Origin: the human T2T-CHM13v2.0 reference genome, Homo sapiens
Strand: one strand, 5' to 3'
DNA: 64,000 bases
Assembly: GCF_009914755.1 (NCBI RefSeq)
Contig: NC_060931.1
Made by a program: the position numbers and the translations under genes. Below are positions 54,480 to 64,000 of the stretch, piece after piece; the first letter of the stretch is position 1; each line of letters opens with the position of its first letter. The notes under the pieces are model-generated. The model ran no database searches. It saw only the letters and a list, made by a program, of their open reading frames with translations, and was not told the DNA's origin.

Positions 54480-55171
54480 TCTCACCGTTCATGGAAAGAA
54501 GTCAAAATAATAATGAGTTGTGATATGAAGGAGTGATATTTCTTTATTACCTATGCCACCAAGGGGAAGAGCAGAAAGCAATTCCACTCTTCAATTTGTG
54601 GAGCAAATACAGGGTTTCTTTTTTTAAAAAAAAAAAAGAAGAAGAAGGGTTTGGAATGGGGAAGAGCTTGGGGGGTTAGGAGGTGCCAAGGAGTGTGACT
54701 GGCTGTGGTGGCCCCTCTTTAATTATTGTCCCATTTGATGAAGGAGCTGGCACCATTGTGGATCCCACCAGGTTATCAGTTAATCACAGTCAGCCTTGTA
54801 GTCACTCTTCAGCCATGAGTGGGTTTCATCCTTGAAGTAATCTTTTGTTAAAGAAAGAATTCTGGAGGTATCTGGGTCCTATCAGGAGCTGACTCCTGGA
54901 GGTTTTAAGGAAATACATGACCAGATAAGAAAGCATGGTGTGTGCTCCACAAGCATCCGGGTTAATAAATGTGCATAAGGCATGAGAGCATAGAATGGGA
55001 AAAGAAAGGGAGTGGAGGCGACAGCACATTCTGAGGCTGTGTTTCAAGATGAAAGGTAACACATACGCAGCTTGTCTCAAAGTTGTATCTTGAGACAGGG
55101 AGCAGACAGAAGAGGAGAGGAGAAAGAAAAAAAGTTTAAATCGTGGTTTGAGGCTGAGCTGCTCGGTCATA
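54480..55171 (-). mobile_element. Solo ERV1-class LTR (MER92/LTR37-like, tentative)
   Basis: Minus strand starts ...GACCGAGCAGCTCAGCCTCAAAC...TCAAGATACAACTTTGAGACAAGCTGC, resembling my recollection of these families; AATAAA on the minus strand near 54543. Confidence 0.5.
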
Positions 55172-55188
55172 TTCCTAACACATACTAA

Positions 55189-55575
<387 letters not shown>

Positions 55576-56000
55576 TAAGTTCAAGCTCAAGTTCAGTCTG
55601 GATGCCTCATTCTGACAACTGGAAGCCTTTTATGGTTCAGTTTCCATAAGCTGCAGCCCTGGGTTGAAATCCAAAAGGCTCTCCCAGGAGATCCATGGCC
55701 ATGGATTTAGGCAGGGAAGTTCCAGTTCCCACATGGTGGATGTAAACATGGAGCCCGTGGTAGATAGAAACACAGCCTGGTGTTGGGAGGCTGCTTGGAC
55801 AGAGTGTTAAAGTTTAGAGAGCACTATAGGGTGGCTCCTGTGCGGATTTCTAGTCTGCCACTGGCCTTCTGTCCCAAGGGAGATTCGTATTTCTTTTTAT
55901 GTTTATGTATTTGCAAGGCTTGTGTTGTGGTCTGCAAATAGTTATTGTGAAGAGATGACTCCATAGTTGATACCTGGGAGGAAAACAGAAGTAAAGAACA

Positions 56001-56175
56001 AGTACAGCAACACAAGGTCAGACACACGACTGACCCAGCCCCCAGGTACAGCCACACTGGGTCACACACACATGACTGACCCGGACCCCAGGTACAGCCA
56101 CACTGGGTCACACACACGACTGACCCAGTCCCCAAGTACAGCCACACTGGGTCACACACACACAACTAACCTGGC
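56001..56175. repeat. Minisatellite, 44-46 bp unit, about 3.8 copies
   Basis: ggtca recurs at 56016, 56060, 56106, 56150; unit GGTCACACACACGACTGACCCAGCCCCCAGGTACAGCCACACTG. Confidence 0.92.
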
Positions 56176-57735
56176 CCATTGGGCACCTCCACAATCTCAC
56201 CTTCAGAAAGGATGGGATGCTCCTCCTGCCAATGCCTGGATCCCTATAATAATCAAACAGATTCCTAGAATTTGAAGATAGGAATAGATCTCAGAGCATC
56301 TAATCCAGTCTCCACCCTGCCTTTCTTTTGTTGATTCAGAAACTGAACTCTTAGTCATTATGAAATTATCACGCTAGGGTTTCCTGAATCATTTAAGATC
56401 TATTTAAATATTTAGCCTGTTGCCTCATCTTAAGGTAGACATAAACTAGCCCTCTTCTCTACAAAATTGCTCTTTAAAGTGTTTACATAATAAGCTATTT
56501 TCTGGCTAAAGTAACTTTTGAATGCCCAAATTAAACTCTCCCCATGGAGGTAACCAAAATCCCACTTATAAAAAGAGATTTTCTGAAAAGGTTTAAATTT
56601 ACAAAGACAACAAAGTACATGGGGAGACAGGAGCAGCCAACTGTTTGAACCTGGAAGCAGTTACCAGTGATAACTGACCTAGCAGACCCTGAAGCTGAGC
56701 CTCGTCCTGCCATGGGGAAAGCTGAGCAGGCATTGGCGATGATTGCCTAAGGGATGAGAAGATCAATTGCTATGAAATCTTAAAGGAGAAAGTGATTATA
56801 CCCATTTGGATTGCTTGGGGCATTTTGCTGGAGGAGAAGACTCAAGGAAGGTGTCAATGATGAGGTGGCATTTAAAACAAATGAGTAGGTAGGATTTGGA
56901 ATGGGAAAAAGCAGTCCAAGTGGAAGGTACACCCTGAGAAAAAGCACAAGAAATGTTGTAAGATTATGCAATGGAATCTTTTGCAGCATGTGAATCAGGA
57001 TCAAGTGAATACAAGCAACCTGATTTAATAAACAAAGATAATTTAAAATAATTTTATTTTTCTCCACGTTTCTCAGTAGATATTAAAATGGACCCAGATG
57101 TGTAGTCTAGAGCAACGTTTAGTCAATGCTCATGTCCTGTCCTGTTTCCTTCACACCCCAAGTTATTCTGAGAGATTCTTGGAAACCTGTGACAAAAATA
57201 ACGTCTCCACTCCTAGCATTAGAGACTCTTGTTTTCTTCTCCTTCCCTCCTCCTGCAGCATTTTGTTATATAAATTAACTTAGTCTTCTAGTTGCAACCA
57301 GAACCAAAAAAATCCTCCTTTTTTAGGTTGAGGATAAATGTACTGGCAATGAGAGGCTTCTCTATGGTAAAATCTGTAAACATGCCCACATTCAAAGCTG
57401 TTCATCCCGTCACACAGGGAGGGAAGTGTAAGTAGTTCAGGTTGTCTGGGCATAGGAAGGGATGATCATCAAAGGATTTAACAACTAGGACAAGGTGGAT
57501 ACCAACCAGCCAAAAGACATGTCCCTGAGAGCAGATATAGGCTATCAAACCACATTAGGACATAAGGGCTGGGTATAAAATCATGAAATTATAACTGTTT
57601 CATATAGACTTCATCATTCTTCCTGCCTTTCTGTGGGCCTTCCATTAGGACAGTTTTTGGTAAGTTTAGCTGATATTGACCTATCCTGTAACTTATATTC
57701 AGTATTATAACTTATATTCAGCAATATAACTTTAT

Positions 57736-58101
57736 TGTCTTAGTCCATTTGGGCTGCTATAGTGAAGTTCTATAGACTGTGTGGCTTATAAACAACAGAA
57801 AATTATTTCTCACAGTTCTGGAAGCTGGAAATCCAAGACCAGGGTACCAGCATGGTTGATTCTGGTAAGGGCCCTCTTCTGGGTCACAGATGACCAGTTT
57901 CTCCTTGTATCCTCATGTGGTGGGAAAGAGGGTGACAGAGCTCTCTGGGGCCTCATTATAAGTGCACTAATGCCATTCCCAAGGGTTCCACTCTTGGGAC
58001 CTAATCACCTCTCAAAGGCCCCACCTCTTAATACCATCACGTTGGAGGTTAGGACTTAATGTATAAATGTGGGGGGGACATAAACACTCAGTCCATTGTA
58101 A
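57736..58101 (-). mobile_element. MLT1A-type MaLR solo LTR
   Basis: tgtcttagtccatttgggctgctata...ttataaacaacagaaa...ctaatcacctctcaaaggccccacctcttaatacc. Confidence 0.85.
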
Positions 58102-58277
58102 TCATAGCTGATTGTAGCTCATCAGTTGTTTGCAAACAGTATTTCTATTTCGTTAGTCCTTTGGCATACTGATCTTCTCCTAATGTTCAGTTTTTCTTCC
58201 ACAGTGTATTTTGTCCAACATCATTATAGAGTTCCATCTAGCAGTATCAATGTGTGCTTTCTCTAATTTTTCATTAA

Positions 58278-58750
<473 letters not shown>

Positions 58751-59246
58751 AATTCCTTAATTTTTGATTGTACATACAAACCCATAAATTATTTTTCTAC
58801 TTTGCACAGTTACATTAAAAATATATTCGAATACAATATATAAATAGAGGTTCAGAAATGCTTATAGCCACTATATCCACTCACTACCTCACTGGATCCC
58901 ATCTCTGAGTGTCAATATTTATATCTAAAGGACATGGGTTTCAGATGACCCCTGGATACTTGTGCGAGGGATCAGCTGTAAGCCAAACTCAGTGGAACAT
59001 TGTGGAAACTCACCTATCTATGTAATACAGAGAGTTTCTGTCCACCTCTCTATTGTCTGGAAGTGAAGCCAGCTATATTCTAAATATTGTATTATGATGT
59101 AACCTTTTATGATGATTTTCCAGAATATACCAAGCAGCTTTTGGCATACATACTTAATTGGTCTTCTCAATGACCCTGTGAAATGGGTAGTAAAAGAAAT
59201 AATCTTCTATTTGTTAAGTTCTTTACAATTTGAAAAGCACATTTCT

Positions 59247-59551
<305 letters not shown>

Positions 59552-59974
59552 TGAAAAGTACATTTCTAATTACATTATAACAGTTGATGACTATGTTCCC
59601 ATTTCTGATTCCTTGAAATTTATATTCTAGCGTAAATATATCTACTTAGAATTCCCTAAACTCAATATCATTTTTCACATTTCCATGCTTTTGTCTTTGA
59701 CTACCTGATAAACCCCTATACATTCTCCAAGACTTTCAGGGCAGGGTTGATTTTCATCCCCTTACAGGAGGGATGAATGAGAAGTCAGAGAACATGAAAG
59801 TGGCTGTGTATTCACCCGCAGACCAACGCCTGTGACAGGAACTCAGTCTTCAGCTGTCTTAGATGACTGGGGATGCCCAGGACAGGGGAAGGCTGGGTGG
59901 TCTCACCTTCTAGTCCTGGATAAACCCAATTCCATCTTTAAAGAAAAAAAGCACTCACCTCCTGGACTCATCTT

Positions 59975-60422
59975 CTAGGACAGCTAACAAATTACCGCAA
60001 TCTGGATGGTTTAAACCAACAGAAATTTAGTCTCTCACAGTTCTGGAGGCCGGAAATCCAAAATCAAGCTGTTAGCCAGTGTGGTTTCTCTTGGAGGCTG
60101 TGAGGGAGAATCTGTTCCACGTTTCTCTCGAGCTTCTGGTGGTTGCCAGCAGTCCTTGGCATTTTTTGACTTACCAATGTATTGCTTTCATCTTTGCCTT
60201 CATCTTCATGTGGTCTTCCCCCTCTGTCTCTGCATCCAAATTTCCCGCTTCTTATGTGGATGCCAATCATTGGATGAGGACCCACCTAATCCAGCGTAGC
60301 TTCATCTTAACTTGACTACACCTGCAAAGACCTCGTTTCCAAATAAGGTCACATTCACAGGAACCGAGGGTCAGGACTTCAGTGTAACTTTTGGGGGGAC
60401 ACCATTAATTAAACCCACAACA
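59975..60422 (-). mobile_element. MLT1B/C MaLR LTR
   Basis: aacaaattacc...ctcacagttctggaggccggaaatcc...tttccaaataaggtcacattcacagg. Confidence 0.85.
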
Positions 60423-61419
60423 CTTCCCTTCTAAGGACTGCATTGCCTTCTTATATAAGAAAGAAAGAGTGCTCAGCTTGTTCTTCTCAGGAACACAAAA
60501 TTAAGGGCAGCCACACTAGACTGTGCCAGAGACAGTTCTTAATGGTTTCACTGCATTCTGGAAGCAGCAAGGGGGTCACTGAAGGAAGTAATGTGATACT
60601 ACCATATCTTTGGATAGCAACTCTAGCATATTAGAGGAAGAAGAGCAGTTCCAGTATAGATTCTCTCTAGGAATACTTCTTCCCTGTCATAATGCAAAAT
60701 TCACAGTCAAGTGGCATACAGCCATAACAAGTTCTGTAGGGTTTTCTCCTACCCATCTAAATTCAACCGCCAGAGCCACTGAACAACAGAATCGAAGTGC
60801 CCAATTTACATAATTTGTGTTTCACAGTCCTCGCCTCTGTTGAGAGAACTGGATTTTTCTCTTCAAAATGAATCTCAAGAGTATGATTTATTTTCCTTCA
60901 AGTTTTTGAAAACGACTCAATCAATCCTGTTTCTAAGAAATGTCCAAATGCCACCAGGAAAGTGAGTTCCGTGTATGAATTGGCCATTTGGTGCTTCCTA
61001 CTGAAACATTTTTTGTATGTTTAAAAATAGCTAAATAAACTTCCTTCTCCTGAAGCCGAGGATGGAATTATTGCAGTCACTTGCTGCTCTGAGTGGGAAC
61101 GGGACAGTCTGTGTTCATGAATCCCTTACAGCTCTGGGCTCTCACCCCCGCCCCTTTCAGTGTTGAGCCATGATTAGGGAGCTACTTTCCAGACTTTAAG
61201 AAGTTTGGTCTTAGACTTAGCAGATTGGTTTATCAAGACAGGCTTCTCCTTCTCCAAGTTGAGTGGAACCAAAGTATTATTACCTGAGCCTAAAATACAG
61301 TGACTCAAATCTGATAACTATTCTTCTTACTATTAAATATTCCCCAAGATCTTCTGTCATCACCATCATTGCCATCATTATCAAAATCACAGGAGATTGA
61401 AATGGCAGTAAGGGAGGTC

Positions 61420-61990
61420 TATGGAGTATGGAACCGTAGAGCTGGGTTCAAACCTGGACTCTGCCACCTACAGCTTTGCGACCTTGGGCATCTTGGTTAA
61501 CCTTGCTTAATCCTCCACACCCTCATCCTGAAAATCGGAGGAATAACAGTATGGCAGTCCCCCCTTATCCACAGTTCTAGTTTTTGAGGTTTCAGTTACC
61601 TAGAGTCAACTATGCTCTGAAAATATTATAAACAATAAGATATTTTGAGAGAGAGAGACACCACATTCATAATAACTTTTATTACAGTATATTGTTATAA
61701 TAGTTTGATTTCATTATTAGTTATTGTTCTCTTACTATGCCTAATTTATAAATGAAACTTTATAATTAGGTATGTAGTCACAGAAAAAACATTATATATA
61801 TGGGGTTCAATACTATCATTGGTTTCAGACATCCACTGGGGTCTGGGAACATGTCCCTGGTGGATATGGGGCACCACTGTACCTGTCCTGTGAGGCTGTT
61901 TTGAAGATTAACCTAGATAGTGCATGTAGAGTACTTACCATGGCATCTGATACATAGTGAGTGTTTAATAATAAGTGTTAACTATCAATT
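61420..61990 (+). mobile_element. MIR split by MER44
   Basis: ctgggttcaaacc...gcgaccttgggca...gaataacagta | cctgtcctgtgaggctgttttgaagatta. Confidence 0.75.
61552..61879. mobile_element. MER44-like (Tigger/TcMar) DNA transposon
   Basis: Terminal inverted repeats agtccccccttatccac / gtggatatggggcaccactg with TA target duplication. Confidence 0.8.
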
Positions 61991-62675
61991 GTTTTCATCA
62001 TTGTCATCACCTTAGTAATCAATTGAGTTTCTTACACATCCACTTGCTACCCACTCAGTATCCAAAAGTTGGGGCCAAGGCTGGGGGTGGCTGACGTGCA
62101 TGAAGTCAATGAAGCAGCATCCCTTCCCAAATGTTAGTGGGCACTCCAGCACCTCAGCAGGCTTAGGTTGGAACCCCTGGATCTTGCACTTACACTAGCA
62201 AATTCCAGAAGCGGCCATGGATGCCAGAGCCACAAAACATTAAATCAACTGTCAGGCATGGCAATGAGTACCTGGTGGCTTCCAGAGTGCATGTGTCCAC
62301 CGTGGTCCTCACAGTTGGTTCCTGGCAGAAGTTAAGAAGTAAATTTCCAGCTTTCTTAGCACCTGCCCGTTCCTTCTGCTGTGACCTTTCCCCTCCATGC
62401 CTTCAGGTGCCCAGAGCTCCCAGATGCCCCTCCTACATCCTCTCGCTGCACAACATAATTAACCAGGGGAAATGTCCACGAAGGTGCCATTAAGGTGTCC
62501 TGCAAATATGTATACTAAGGTGCTTGTTATTCTTCCCCAGGTTTTAGTCAGAGCAGTGAGTAAGGCAGGGATGAAAAACAGGAATCAGCCAACCAGCTCC
62601 ACTTGTTGGGAAGGCACTGGCTGCAGTGCTATGGATGAGAAGGGTTCTGAGGCCAAGTGCAGGTTCAGCAGGAAA

Positions 62676-63192
62676 GAACATCATGAGTGATTAACGGATG
62701 ATGTCATGAAAGTCATAAGCGATTGATGGATGACGTCACAAAAGTCATGATGTCATTAACATCATGAGTGATTTATGATGTCATGAACATTATGAGTGAT
62801 TGATATATGATGTCATGAACATCATGAGTGAGTGATTAATATGAGCAACTTCAAGAGTAATTGATGAATGATGTCATGAGGGTCATGAGTGATGATATAA
62901 TGAAACATGAGTGAGTGACTAATGTCAGGCACATCATGAGTGATCGATGTTACGAATATCATGAGTGATCGATTGATGATGTCATGAACATCATGAGTGA
63001 ATGATTAATGTCATAAATGTCACAAGTAACTGATGTCATGAATGTCCTGAGTGATTAATGACATGAGCATCATGAGTGATTGATGCCATGGATGTCATGA
63101 GTGATTGAAGGGTGATGTCATGAATGTCCTGAGTGATTGATGATGTCATGAATGTCCTGATTGATTAGTGATGTGTGTCACCCACAGTCATG
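62676..63192. repeat. Degenerate ~25-30 bp tandem repeat (GATGTCATGAACATCATGAGTGATT)
   Basis: Repeated tcatga and tgatgtca over about 500 bp. Confidence 0.9.
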
Positions 63193-64000
63193 GGGGAGCA
63201 GGTGGCAGCCACATGCCATGCATCTATGATGTTTGGTGTAATCCCCTGAAATGAATGAACACCTCCACATGGTGAGACTTCAGATTCCATATTATCCAAG
63301 ATGACATACATTTGGAAGTTTGAGATTTATCCTAAAACTCACCTTGTACTGCAGAATGAGGTGAAGGGGCTTATTTTTTTAAGGGCCTAGACTCCTGAAG
63401 CATTATGGCCAGCCAAAATAGAAGTGACAGCATGTCACTTCAGAGAAGAGAAAAGGGCATGCATGAAGAGACGCAGATTGAGACTCGGTTACCTGAAGGG
63501 ATGGAAATGGCTGTCATGGAAACTCTCCTGAGGGAGGCTGTTGCCCAGGGTTTCTAACTGAAGGGCACCTCTTCTGTCATACATCTTTTGAATGAGGGAG
63601 AAGAAATCTCCAGATCCTTCCAGAGTGGCTCAGGGGTGATACTGATTCACACCCCTTCAGAGTGCTGGATCAACAGTGTAAGCAGGCATGCCCTTTGCAT
63701 GATCCCAACATAGGAATTAAATATTCTACTGCTGGTCAAATTATTTGCTAATAACTCATGCCTAACCGTAAATGAGTAGTCCCAGAGCTAGAAAAATAAT
63801 ACATAGTTTGCGTCTTCATTGATAAAACTGTCTTATTAGCTTCAAACATGTAGGGTGCTATTGACTCCCAACAGCAAATTTGAAAACAAATGGTTTGGTT
63901 CTACAAACTAGTTAATCCTCTAGACATCTCTTATATCAAAATTTCCAAGAAATTTACCTCAGCTGCCCTTTTTAATTTTGAATTTGTCCAAGTGAATGTT

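Overview
Human (or very closely related great-ape) genomic DNA from inside the neuronal gene DPP6 (dipeptidyl peptidase-like 6, the catalytically inactive Kv4 auxiliary subunit, 7q36.2), transcribed on the + strand. Eight consecutive coding exons (155, 98, 124, 39, 108, 92, 48 and 119 nt; 783 nt in total) all have canonical AG/GT boundaries. They splice with compatible phases into one uninterrupted stretch of the extracellular beta-propeller ([16 protein letters not shown]...[10 protein letters not shown]). From memory these are exons 9-16 of the long isoform. The other ~99% is intron: about 13 Alus, MaLR LTRs (THE1/MST/MLT1, several nested with intact TSDs), L1/L2/MIR fragments, MER DNA transposons, several minisatellites, a 1.45 kb (CCA)n-derived array and an intragenic CpG island over one exon. 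Nearly all ORFs in the supplied track are artefacts of repeats or high GC. I see no evidence for a novel protein-coding or CRISPR-like system. The most notable unexplained structures are a 69-bp inverted templated copy of a nearby THE1 LTR segment, a 190-bp non-TE direct duplication bracketing two exons, fold-back scars in L1/AT-rich DNA, candidate poison/micro-exons with neuronal splicing motifs, and an Alu orientation layout favouring back-splicing, with some circles predicted to lack any stop codon.
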